Positions 27,771 to 39,940 of a DNA stretch of 64,000 nucleotides are shown in pieces. The position numbers and the translations under genes were made by a program. The stretch comes from Octopus sinensis (lineage: Eukaryota). Position 1 is the stretch's first letter; the number at the start of each line of letters is the position of its first letter. The stretch is taken from contig NC_042998.1 in assembly GCF_006345805.1 (NCBI RefSeq), positions 52,638,001 to 52,702,000 on the forward strand, read 5' to 3'. The notes beneath the pieces were generated by a model. It saw only the letters and a list, made by a program, of their open reading frames with translations. It had not been told where the DNA came from and did no database searches.

Positions 27771-28511
27771 AATAACAGGCATCTACACAATTCCCATCTG
27801 CCAAATTTACTCACAAGGCATTGGTTGACCTGGGGCTTTAGCAGAAGACACTTGGTCAAATGGTTGGGGAGCAAATTTTTTAAGACCACACCAATACTTG
27901 TGACCAACGTGAATGTAGAAATTGATTTCAAATTCTAGCACAAGGCCAGCTATTCCAGGGAATGGAATAAGTCAATTACATCGACCTCAGGTGCTCAACT
28001 GGTACTTATTTTATCAACCCGTAAAGATGAAAAGCAAAGTTGACTTCAAATGAATTTGAACTCAGAATGTAAAGACAGACAAAATACCTGTAGGCATTTT
28101 GCCCAGCATGCTAACAATTCTACCAGCAAGCCACCATAGTGCAGATACAGATATTAAAAATATTTTATCTTGGTTAATAGTCAAAATTATAATCTTATTT
28201 CCTACCATACTTTTACAAATCCAAGATTGTTTTTGACGCAAACATGCTCAGAAACATATATTCGTGTAACATAAAACTGCTCCAGATGGCATGTGGCTAA
28301 TGCTTATCTATAATAACATTATTTTAAATTGGTGGAGTTAGAGAAGTTCTGTCTTAATTGAAGATTATTGATTTAAAGATCTGAAAAAAATAGTACATAT
28401 TTCCAACAACAAGTGTTTGAAATATTAGTTACAGCTGAGGAGTACAAGAACATCTGTTTCTGTCACAGTTTACATTACACAAATGGTAAATCCATCAGAT
28501 CTCATACATCC

Positions 28512-28551
<40 letters not shown>

Positions 28552-28662
28552 CATACATATATATGTACATACATACATATATATATTTATATATATATAT
28601 ATTTACACATACACATACGTATATATATATGTACATATATATATATTATATATGTATACATA

Positions 28663-28698
<36 letters not shown>

Positions 28699-28750
28699 CA
28701 TATAAATACATACATATATACATATAAATACATACATATATATACATATA

Positions 28751-28791
<41 letters not shown>

Positions 28792-28796
28792 ACATA

Positions 28797-31225
28797 CATC
28801 ATCATCATCATCATCATCATTTAACGTCCGCTTTCCATGCTAGCATGGGTTGGACGGTTCAACTGGGGTCTGGGGAGCCCGAAAGCTGCACCAGTCCAGT
28901 CAGATCTGGCAGTGTTTCTACAGCTGGATGCCCTTCCTAACGCCAACCACTCCGAGAGTGTAGTGGGTGATTTTATGTGCCACCGACACAGGTGCCAGAC
29001 GAGGCTGACAAACGGCCACGCTCGGATGGTGTTTTTTATGTGCCACCGACACAGGTGCCAGACGAGGCTGGCAGACGGCCACGCTCGGATGGTGTTTTTT
29101 ATGTGCCACCGACACAGGTGCCAGACGAGGCTGGCAGACGGCCACGCTCGGATGGTGTTTTTATGTGCCACCGACACAGGTGCCAGACGAGGCTGGCAGA
29201 CGGCCACGCTCGGATGGTGTTTTTATGTGCCACCGACACAGGTGCCAGATGAGGCTGGCAAACGGCCACGATCGGATGGTGCTTGTTACGTGCCCACAGC
29301 ACGGAGGCCAGTCGATGCGGTACTGGCTACGGCCACGTTCGGATGGTTTTCTTATGTGCCACGTGCCACCGGCACTGGTACCACAAAGATACAATTCCAT
29401 TGATGTTCATCTATTTTGATTTGTTTTGATTTGATTTGATTTTCACTTGCCTCAACAGGTCTTCACAAGTGTCACAAGAAGGAAGGTATGCACAGGTGGA
29501 CTGACTACGTCCCAGGTAGGGGCCATGGGCTATGGCCTGACTAGTCTTGCCGGGTCTTCGGATGGTGTTTTTATGTGCCACCGACACAGGTGCTAGATGA
29601 GGCTGGCGAACGGCCACGATCGGATGGTGTTTGTCATGTGCCCACCGCACTGACTACGGCACTGATGGATTTCTTGTGTGCCACAGGCACTGGTACCACA
29701 AGATACAAATTCCATTGATGTTCATCTATTTTGTCTATTTTGATTTGATTTGATTTGATTTTCACTTGCCTCAACCGGTCTTCACAAGTGTCACAAGAAG
29801 GAAGGAAGGTATGCACAGGTGGACTGACTAGTCTTGCCGGTCTTCGGATGGTGTTTTTATGTGCCACCGACACAGGTGCTAGATGAGGCTGGCGAACGGC
29901 CACGATCGGATGGTGTTTGTCATGTGCCCACCGCACTGACTACGGCACTGATGGATTTCTTGTGTGCCACAGGCACTGGTACCACAAGATACAAATTCCA
30001 TTGATGTTCATCTATTTTGTCTATTTTGATTTGATTTGATTTGATTTTCACTTGCCTCAACCGGTCTTCACAAGTGTCACAAGAAGGAAGGAAGGTATGC
30101 ACAGGTGGACTGACTAGTCTTGCCGGGTCTTCGGAAGGTGTTTTTATGTGCCACCGACACAGGTGCCAGATGAGGCTGGCGAACGGCCATGATCGGATGG
30201 TGTTTGTTACGTGCCCACAGCACGGAAGCCGGTCGATGCGGAACTGGCTACGGCCACGTTCGGATGGTTCTCATGTGTGCCACCGCACTGGTACCACAAA
30301 GTGTGTGCCACCGGCACTGGTACCACAAGCGGTACTGACTACGGCCACGTTCGGATGGATTCTTGTGTGCCACTGGCACTGGTACCACAAGGATACAAAT
30401 TCCATTGATGTTCATCTATTTTGATTTGTTTTGATTTGATTTGATTTGATTTTCACTTGCCTCAGCAGGTCTTCACAAGTCGGAAGGTATGTACAGGTGG
30501 ACTGACTACGTCCCAGGTAGGGCCCACGGGTTATGACCTGACTAGTCTTGCCGGGTCTTCGGATGGTGTTTTTATGTGCCACCATGTTCCCACAGCACGG
30601 AGGCCAGTCGGTGCGGTACTGGCTACGGCCACGTTCGGATGGTTTTCTTGTGTGCCACAGGCACTGGTACCACAAAGATACAAATTCCATTGATGTTCAT
30701 CTATTTTGATTGATTTTCACTTGCCTCAGCAGGTCTTCACAAGTGTCACAAGAAGGAAGGTATGCACAGGTGGATCGACTACGTCCCAGGTAGGGGCCAC
30801 GGGATATGGCCTGACTAGTCCTGCCGGGTCCTCTCATGCACAGCACACTTCCATAGGACTCGGTCTTCAGTCATTTCCTTGGTGAGGCCTAAAGTTCGAA
30901 GGTCGTGCTTCACCACCTCGTCCCAGGTTTTCCTGGGTCTACCTCTTCCACAGGTTCCCTCAACTGCTAGGTTGTAGCACTTTTGCACACAACTATCTTC
31001 AGCCATTCTCGTCACATGACCATACCAGCGCAGCCGTCTCTCTTGCACACCACAACTGACACTTCTTAGGTTCAACTTTTCTCTCAAAGTACTTACACTC
31101 TGACGATTATGAACACTGACATTACACATCCATCGGAGCATACTGGCTTCATTTCTTGCAAGCTTACGCATATCCTCAGCTGTCACGGCCCATGTTTCAC
31201 TACCATGTAGCATGGCTATACGTAC
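28797..31225 (-). mobile_element. 5'-truncated RTE-clade LINE with an internally amplified ~2 kb 3' UTR
   Basis: 30815-31225 encodes [39 protein letters not shown] (RTE ORF2 C-terminus), uninterrupted to the stop. The UTR ends in an (ATG)n tail at 28797-28820. Confidence 0.92.
28975..29287. repeat. 62-63 bp GC-rich tandem repeat, five copies, inside the LINE UTR
   Basis: Unit atgtgccaccgacacaggtgccagacgaggctggcagacggccacgctcggatggtgttt(t)tt starts at 28975, 29038, 29101, 29163 and 29225. Confidence 0.95.
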
Positions 31226-31229
31226 ACAA

Positions 31230-31349
31230 AAATATATACATATATACATATACATATATATACATACATATATATACATATATATACATACATGCATATA
31301 CATATATATACATACATATATATACATATATATACATACATATATATAC

Positions 31350-31386
<37 letters not shown>

Positions 31387-31665
31387 CATATATATATATA
31401 CATACATTATATACATATATATACATACATATATATACATATATATACATACATATATATACATATATATACATACATATATATACATATATATACATAT
31501 ATATACATACATATATATACATATATATATATATACATTTATATACATATATATACATACATATATATACATATATATATACATACATATACATATATAT
31601 ACATACATATATATACATATATACATATATATACATATATACATATACATACATACATACATACA

Positions 31666-31701
<36 letters not shown>

Positions 31702-31725
31702 TATATAAATACACACACACACATA
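31230..31725. repeat. Long (TA)n/(TACA)n microsatellite
   Basis: Direct inspection; it artificially extends the 301-aa ORF. Confidence 0.95.
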
Positions 31726-32615
31726 CAATTTCACTAAAATTTTTCTCCTATCATGCCTATATTAATCTTGTGATTCTTCAGTGGTTTTGAAGTATTTTGA
31801 CTTCTATTTTTAGTGAAGCAGGTGCTTATGTACTACCCTAGTATATATAAATATATTTATTTATATATCTTATACATAAATTATCAATTTGCCTATACGC
31901 CTGTATGCTCGTAGCTACCAACAACATTATTTTTAGAAATAATATTGTTCTTATATTTATTTATAAATAATTTTACGCAATTCATTTGTTTCAATGACGG
32001 TTGACCACTCAAATGAATCTACAGGCATGGTAGTGGTGAATCCTAGTAGCCATCCCTGACAGATTTGACCAGGGAGATTCAGGCACCTTTGATGCTAAAT
32101 TCAAAATCATGATATCAAATTAGCCAGCATTACTTTTGCATCCTTGGCGGAGGTAGGACACTATTCTTGTTCACTAAACATTTTTTCCTATCATACCTGT
32201 CTTAATTTTGTGATTCTTCTGTGGTTTAGAAGTATTTTGGCTTCCATTTTTAGCAAAGTAGTACACTTATACATATGAATATACTTATTTATATATTTTA
32301 TGTATAATTTATTAATTTGCCTACATGGCTGTATGCTTGCTGCCATTAACAATATAATTTTTAGAAATAATATCGTTCTTATATTTATTTATACATACAT
32401 ATATAGATACACAGATGCATACATATATATATATATACCTACAAACACACACACACATGTATATATATATATACAAACAAATGCACACATATACATATAT
32501 ACATATACAAGCAAAAACACATTATATATATATATATATACCCAAACATATGTACATATATATATATACATATATAACCCTCATTCATCGTCTTTGATGA
32601 GAGAATCCACCATAT

Positions 32616-32738
<123 letters not shown>

Positions 32739-32749
32739 CATGTATTTGT

Positions 32750-33515
32750 GTGACACCGGCATCTGCTACAACTGCGATTTTGCTTGGCTTGATGGGTCTT
32801 CTCAAGCACAATGTAATGCCAAAGGTCTCAGTCATTACATTTGTGAAGCCCAAAGCTCGAAAGGAACTCAAACACTTTGCCTCCATGAGACCCAATGCCC
32901 GAAAGAAGCTCGCCTCCGTGAGGTTCAACTCTCAGAAAGATCTCAGCCACTTTGTTTCCACGTGGCCCAAAGTTCAAAAGGGACTCAGCCACTTTGTCTC
33001 TGTGCCCCACACTTGAAAGATGCTCTTTACATGTCACCAGCATTGGTGCTAGTTACGTGAAACCAGCATCAGATGAGACTACAATTTCACTTGGTTTGAC
33101 AGGTCCTCTCAAACACAGCATAATGCCAAAGGTCTCAGTCACTGGTCATTGCCTTTGTGAGGCTGAAAGTTTGAAGATCAGGCTTCATCACCTCATACAT
33201 GTGTTCCTGGGTCTACCTCTACCACAGGTTCCCTCCACAGTTAGAGAGCAACACTTCATTACACAACTATCCTCGTCCATATGCATCACATGACCATACC
33301 AGCACATTCATCCCTCTTGAACACCACATCTGATGCCTCTTATGGCTAATTTTTCTTTCAAGATGCTTACACCCAGTTGATCATGCACTTTACATTCCAC
33401 ATCCAGCAAAGCATACTGGCTTCGTTTCTTTCAAGCCTACACATGTTCTCAGCTGTCACAGCCCATGATTCACTGCCATATAGCATAGCTGTATGCACAC
33501 AGGCATCATACAATC
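32750..33515 (-). mobile_element. Older degraded RTE-clade LINE 3' fragment
   Basis: RLYDACVHTAMLYGSESWAVTAENMCRLERNEASML; downstream [14 protein letters not shown]; frameshifts present. Confidence 0.85.
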
Positions 33516-35781
33516 TAAATAATGCCTTTGTGCACATAGTTATCATGGTTACAGGCATGCAAATGTGTATGTGTGCATGTATATGCAATGTCTCTCTCTC
33601 TCTCTGCACACTTACACACTTACACACATATATACATGTGTGTGTGTTGAATTATTGAAACCTTTAGTATTATATTACAAATAATTGTCTGTAGTGATGT
33701 CAGTAGTAATTACAGCAGTTGTTCCATAAGCGATAGTAGTTGTAGTTAAATATTGTTATTGCTGTATATAGAAATGAGGTTTAATTTTTCTGTCAGAATT
33801 AAGTAAATTGAATCAATATTCTAAGATCGGAATTTCATACTTCTATGAATCATCAGAATTGCAGTAAACAATTAATTAACCCTTTAGCATTTAAATTGGC
33901 CATATTCAGCCAACATTTTCCACCTGTTTTATGTTCAAACTGGCCAGATCCAGCCTCTGACACCCACTCTACAATGTCATTCTAAAAATAAACAGTCACA
34001 TCACTGAAATCTTAAAGCTACAAGACAATGTATAATTAATTTTAAAAAATGTGAATAATTAAGCATTACATTTCACAGAATAATCTGAATGCGAAAGGAT
34101 TAATACATTAGCTCTACACTTGTGCTCAAATTTTCCATGAAGGTTTTGTTCCCAATGGTGAAATGTATAAAATAAAGAAATCTGTAATGTAGAGATAGCT
34201 GATTTAAATTTAGGAGTTACAAATACAGTAAATCTATTTGATGTGAGTTGCTCTTTATTTTGTAATCAGTATTTGAAATGCGGTTGGTTTGTCTTTATAT
34301 GAGGTATTTTGTTTCAAGAATTTAGGATTAGAATCCTAGTTCCATCATTAAAGGAAAGGTTTTGTAGCTATATTAGTAGTTCATGCAGCTAAATAAAATT
34401 TCTAAGTTCAACAGTATCAAGTCATAAAAAAGAAGTGCTACTCACCTGATTTTTATGAAATTGCTTATTAACATACTCTAAACTCTGACTCACAGACGTA
34501 CTCTTTCCTCTCTCTGTGCCTATTATACTGTTTACTAATAAAACAGTGTTCTTTGGTACTCAAGGCTGAACAGTCTCACGCTACCTCCATTCAGGCAGCC
34601 CTATACATTTGTCTTTTATTTTCCACTCATTGCTTATATCATGGGGCCTCTCTTCTCACACTAATTACTATATCCAGTTCCTTCTTCTTGGAACTCGACC
34701 CTATTAAATTCTGTCTCTGCCCATCTGTCTTAGCAACAACTCAGAAGTAATTAACTGCATCGAGATCAAAACTATACAGATTTTTGTCTGGAACTGCCTG
34801 CAAAAGCCATGAGCATAGCCCCACTTCTTCCAGAAAAAATAAAACTATAAAAAAATGTAATAATGAAAAGCATATTCTAAAAGCAACTTAGTTATGTCAT
34901 GCTAGCTAGTTTCTCACTTCTAGTCACTTGTGTTTTAACTCTATAAGCTGATAAAATAAATACTTGGATATTTACTTCGATGGATGGACTACTCCTACTC
35001 ACCCCTACTAAACTATTCCTCTCAGTCAAGATAAATAATTATTATTACTGCTGCATAGAGCTAATTATAGCCTTTCTGCATTCCATCACATTTTGATCTT
35101 ATCTTATCAACCCTGAAAGATGAAAGGCACAGTTGACCTAGCATGCTAACCATTCTGCCAGCTTGCTGCCTTAAGTTATAATAATGAAGTTAAACCAAAT
35201 AGTTATATTTTGACATCATTTGATATGTGTTTCAGGTCCGTATAATATTTAAGAAATGCATCTGAAAGGTCTTACATAATAGATGTATTTTCTGTTGTAT
35301 GTTCCATGTATTAAATGAGTTCAAAATATCACAGTCTGGTTTGAATTCATTGTTACAACTAATATGACTCGATGCCAGTACAAACAAATCAGGCCCGACT
35401 CCACTTATGCAGATACTCTTACAATGATTTAGAGAATTTGGTATATTTAACTTGAGTCGAAAATTCTGGTACCATGCACTGCTTAGTTTGACACAAAACA
35501 TATCTTTTTATCTCTTTTATTCTTTTATTTGTTTCAGCTGGAGCATTGCCTTAAAGGGTTTTAGTTGAAGAAATCAATCCCAGGGCTTATTCTTTGTAAG
35601 CCTAGTACTTATTCTATTGATCTCTTTTGCTGAACTGCTAGGTTATGGGGATGTAAACACACTAATACCAGTTTGTCAAGTGGTAGTGTGGAAGAGACTT
35701 GCCCAAGGTGTTTGCGGTGGGACTGAACCCAGAACCATGTGATTGGGAAGCAAGTGGGAACATGCACACACACACATACAT

Positions 35782-35895
35782 GTAGGCTCGAAACGTAAAA
35801 GACTTTCTCACCTTCTCGAGTGTCAAACTAATACACCTGCTTGTTGTTTATACACCCGTCTTTGTCTTGTTTTTCTGTAAATTTTAACTATATAA
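35782..35895 (+). mobile_element. Possible Penelope-like terminal-repeat fragment
   Basis: gtaggctcgaaacgtaaaagactttc..ctaatacacctgcttgttg; degraded reverse copy at ~42205-42320. The family assignment is inference. Confidence 0.4.
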
Positions 35896-36332
35896 TATAT
35901 ATTTGCACACACACACACGATGGGCTTCTTTTAGTTTCTGTCTACCAAATCCACTCACAAGAAAACACTTGTCCAAGATACCACACAGTCGGACTGAACC
36001 CAGAATCATGTAGTTGGGAAGCAAGCCACTTACCACACAGCCACGCCTGTGCCTATACACACACACACACATATATATATAATAGTATTTTTATATAAGC
36101 TTAAAGCTTATGGCTATCACCATACAATGACTAAGAAAAACAATCTAATAAAGGGGTGTAGAAGCCCTTGACAGGAAAAGAAGGCTTTCCTATCCACATG
36201 GGACATGAACCCACATTTCTTTGTTAACACAACTAAGTGTGTTACCTTTACACCAGCAAATTAGCCTCCCTCTTTCTGTCAAATTTAAGAACTATAATAG
36301 TTCATGTTTGTTCTATGTAAACAAACTTTCTA

Positions 36333-36668
36333 TATGGTTTTGGTGTGAATGGATTTTTTATCTGGTGCTGTATTTTACAATCCTGTAAATAATAATAATG
36401 GTATTTTCATATAAGCTTAAAGCTTATGGTGATCATTATGCAATGATTAAGGAAAATAGTCTAATAAAGGGGTATATAAGCCCTCAACAGAAAAAAGAAG
36501 GCTTTCCTATCCATGGGGGCTTATATGCCCCTTTAATAGACTATTTTCCTTAGTCATTGCATGGTGATTGGCATAAGCTTTAAGCTTGTATAAAAATACC
36601 ATTATAATTATTTACAGGATCGTAAAATACGACACCGTATAGAAAAACCATTTGCACTGAAAGCATAT
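36333..36668. repeat. Imperfect inverted repeat, ~150-bp arms, plus an upstream direct copy at ~36085-36196
   Basis: ..aagcttaaagcttatgg..ggggtatataagccc / gggcttatatgcccc..cataagctttaagctt.. Confidence 0.85.
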
Positions 36669-36687
36669 ATATATATATATGTTTGTA

Positions 36688-36721
<34 letters not shown>

Positions 36722-37563
36722 ATCAATAGATGAGATCTAGAGATGCTCAATAAAGAAAACACTTAGTAACACTCAAATAATTTGAACTTATACTCCAAAA
36801 TCTTTACCGAGGACTAAATCTGTGAGATAAAGAGGAATTCAGGTGAGCAGATAAGGAGATAATGGATGAAAATAAACAAATAAAACCACTTGGATATTAG
36901 ATATACAAAATATATTTACATGTATACACATATGTATATTTTGTATATCTAAGCCAAACAGTTTATTTGCATCATTATTTATCTCTCTCTCTCTCTCTCT
37001 GTTTAGCTAGGAGAAAGATAGTTTCACTCAAGTAGACATTCCCTACTTGCACCATATGGTACTCACTTCATAACAATGGACAGTGAATTGATTTTTTTAA
37101 TTCACCTGAAGAAATATTTTCACTAGCAAAATAATGAGGCAAAGGATTTTGTGATAGAATTTTAGTAGCAGAATCATAAAGAAATATATATGGTAATATA
37201 TGTAAGAAGAATTGACCCAATACTTATTTTCTTTTTAAGCCTGGTATTTATTCAATTAGTCTCTTTTGCTGAACTGCTGATTTCTGGGGATGTAAACACT
37301 CCAACACTGGTTGTCAAGCAGTGGTGAAGGAAAAACAAAGACACAAAGACACACACACACACACGCACATATATGCAAGTCTTCTTTCAGTTTCTGTCTA
37401 TCAAATTCATTCATAAGACTTTGATCAACCTGAGGCTATATAGCAGAAGACACTTGCCCAAGGTGCCACACAGTGGGACTGAACCTGGAACTGAAAGGTT
37501 GGGAAACAAACTTTTTACCACACAGCCACACCTGCACCTATAAGAAAAACGTAACATACTTAC

Positions 37564-37701
37564 TTCCATGTCTTTAAGTTCTAAGTTAGATACAATATAT
37601 TCTGGTTTAAAATCTTTTTTCCTAAGAATGACTTGGTGGTCACCGTACAGTCTAACGCTGGAGACATCTTCTGCATCTGGACAATACGGGGTTCCTTTGG
37701 G
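37564..37701 (-). CDS. PTP catalytic-domain exon (KCxxYWP region and beta strands)
   Basis: Acceptor tataattctag|, donor |gtaagta; 138 nt, phase 0 to 0. Translates PKGTPYCPDAEDVSSVRLYGDHQVILRKKDFKPEYIVSNLELKDME, in frame with the next exon. The YG..V..Y.V..L.L pattern is typical of PTP domains. Confidence 0.88.
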
Positions 37702-38964
37702 CTAGAATTATAAAAAAGTAGAAATAAAGATGTTGATTAAACTCTTGTTTATGAAGTGTTTTTATGAGAGGAAGCTAAAATAAATTCAAATAAAACAGGT
37801 TAAGTTTGTTTTTATGCAACAAAAATCTTTGAAAATAATTAATTAATTAATAATTAATTAAAGTCTCTTAACCCCTTAGGGGTCGTTGGACTGCTACATC
37901 CATGCAGAGTATCTAGGTCAAGGAAGCCTGGTGGAGCCCATCTCTCTCCAGGCTAAACTCATTTCTACAACTGAGTGAGTTGGAGCAACATTAAAATGTT
38001 TTTCTCAAGAACACAACAGATCACCCGGTCTAAGGATTGAAACCACAATCTTACAATCGTGAATCTAACACCCTAACCACTTGGTGATGCACCTCCACTA
38101 ATGGTACTCATTTCTACTGCCAAATGGATTGGAACAGTGTGAAATGAAGAATTTTGTTCAAGAACACTTTGCATTGCCTGGTCCATGAATCAAAACCGCA
38201 ATCTTACGATTGTGAGTTCAACACCCCAACCACTAAACCATGTGCCTCTACTTGAAAATAAAAAGCTCAGTTTAAGTATATATTATTCTGCTCTGTCTGG
38301 TGTCTATGAAATTTGATACTGTACTATAATATATATTCTGGCACTCTGTCGGTTAGGACAATGAAAATTCCAGTTAATCCAGTCAATGGAACAGCCAGCT
38401 CATGAAATTAATGTGCAAGTGGCTGAGCACTCCACTGACATGTGTATCCTTAATGTAGTCCACAGAGAGATTCAGTATGACAGAGAGTGTGACAAAGTTG
38501 GTCCTTTAAAATACAGGTACTACTCACTTTTCCTTTTTGCCAGCTGAGTGGACTGGAGCAATATGAAATGAAGTGCCTTGTTTAAGGACACAATGCATTG
38601 CCAGGAATTGAACTCACAGCCTTAAAATCATGAGCTGAATACCCTAACCACTAAGCAACATGCCTTCACATGAAATGTAATACTCTTCTTCTAAACTGTG
38701 CAGTGTCATAAGGTGGTTGCTGTCACAGAGTATGCTACTGTCTCGAGTCTACTACTCTGTGGATACTATTTAAGTTATGTCTATTCATAATATAATTTCA
38801 ACCTTAATTAGTCTGGTTTTGAGTGTGTATTGCTAAATTAGAAAACATGATCAGATTATATTAGGATATAGCAAGAACTGAATTATTACAATGAAAATTT
38901 ACCAACTTTATTGGTAGGTGTGTAGTGCATACCTAAAACACTCAGAATATATGCTCTTCAGTGT

Positions 38965-39508
38965 TACCTTACTGGCACATGAAAATACATTCGAGCGACT
39001 GGCTCCTGTGCAGGTGGCACGTAAAAAACACCACTTGAGTCTGGCCATCGCCAGTACCTATTTCTTTACTACCCATAAGGGGCTAAACACAGAGAGAACA
39101 AACAAGGACAGACAAATGGATTAAGTCGATTATATCGACCCCAGTGCATAACTGGTACTTATTTAATCAACCCCGAAAGGATGAAAGGTAAAGTGGACCT
39201 CAGCGGAATTTGAACTCAGAACGTAACGGCAGACGAAATATGGCTACGCATTTCGCCCGGCGTGCTAACGTTTCTGCCAGCTCGCCACCATTGCCAGTAC
39301 CGCCTGACTGGCCCTCATGCTGGTGGCACGTAAAAGCACCCACTACACTCTTGGAGTGGTTGGCGTTAGGAAGGGCATCCAGCTGTAGAAACCCTGCCAG
39401 ATCAAGATTGGAGTCTGGTGCAGCCATCTGGTTCGCCAGTCCTCAGTCAAATCGTCCAACACATGCTAGCATGGAAAGCGAACATTAAATGATGATGATG
39501 ATGATGAT
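38965..39508 (+). mobile_element. RTE 3' UTR fragment with an antisense family A SINE inserted at ~39059-39287
   Basis: TSD ccatcgccagtacc (39045-39058) / ccattgccagtacc (39288-39301); (GAT)n tail. Confidence 0.85.
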
Positions 39509-39786
39509 TTCTAACCTAAATCTCAAGGCCAAACAGTTTGAGTGAGGTTATAGTTGATTATATCAAACCTATCCTATCAAGTACTGAACCAATCCTATTG
39601 ATCCTGAAAAGACGACTAGTGTCCTCATTTAGGTTGTTATAGTTACATTGTTTCAAAACTGAACACTTTATTAAATCCAACAGAAAAAGATTTTCTTATT
39701 TTTATTGTCCATCCAAGGGATTTGTTTTATTACTTATTCTCCTGTTTGTGATGCCATCCTCATGCTCCCAGCTGAGAACATAAATG

Positions 39787-39940
39787 TACGCAAAAAAGTG
39801 CCAAAAAGTTCCTGGCTTTAAGGATATTGTGAAAAGCCTGGTTGGAGGCCCAATCTTCTGAGTTCTTTTACAGGGCTTAGAAAAACTGAAGGACTGTCGC
39901 AATAAGTGTGTGAATCTGAAAGGGGAATATGGTAAATAAA
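39787..39940 (+). mobile_element. Mariner-derived MITE retaining the transposase C-terminus
   Basis: aaaagttcctggcttt TIR; gggcttagaaaaactgaaggactgtcgcaataagtgtgtgaatctgaaaggggaatat reads GLEKLKDCRNKCVNLKGEY, like the mariner end GI.KL..RW.KC...G.Y. Confidence 0.7.

Noticed and set aside
28975-29287. CRISPR-like appearance of regular palindromic repeats
   Set aside because: Units are contiguous with no unique spacers, there are no cas genes, and the context is a eukaryotic LINE 3' UTR.
28821-30693. Repetitive ORFs (MCHRHRCQ.., MPPTQVPDE..)
   Set aside because: Readings of the GC-rich UTR tandem units, open in several frames on both strands, with no protein-family signal.
30815-31720. 301-aa ORF as a host gene
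   Set aside because: The N-terminal part is a translated TA/TACA microsatellite; the remainder is RTE ORF2.
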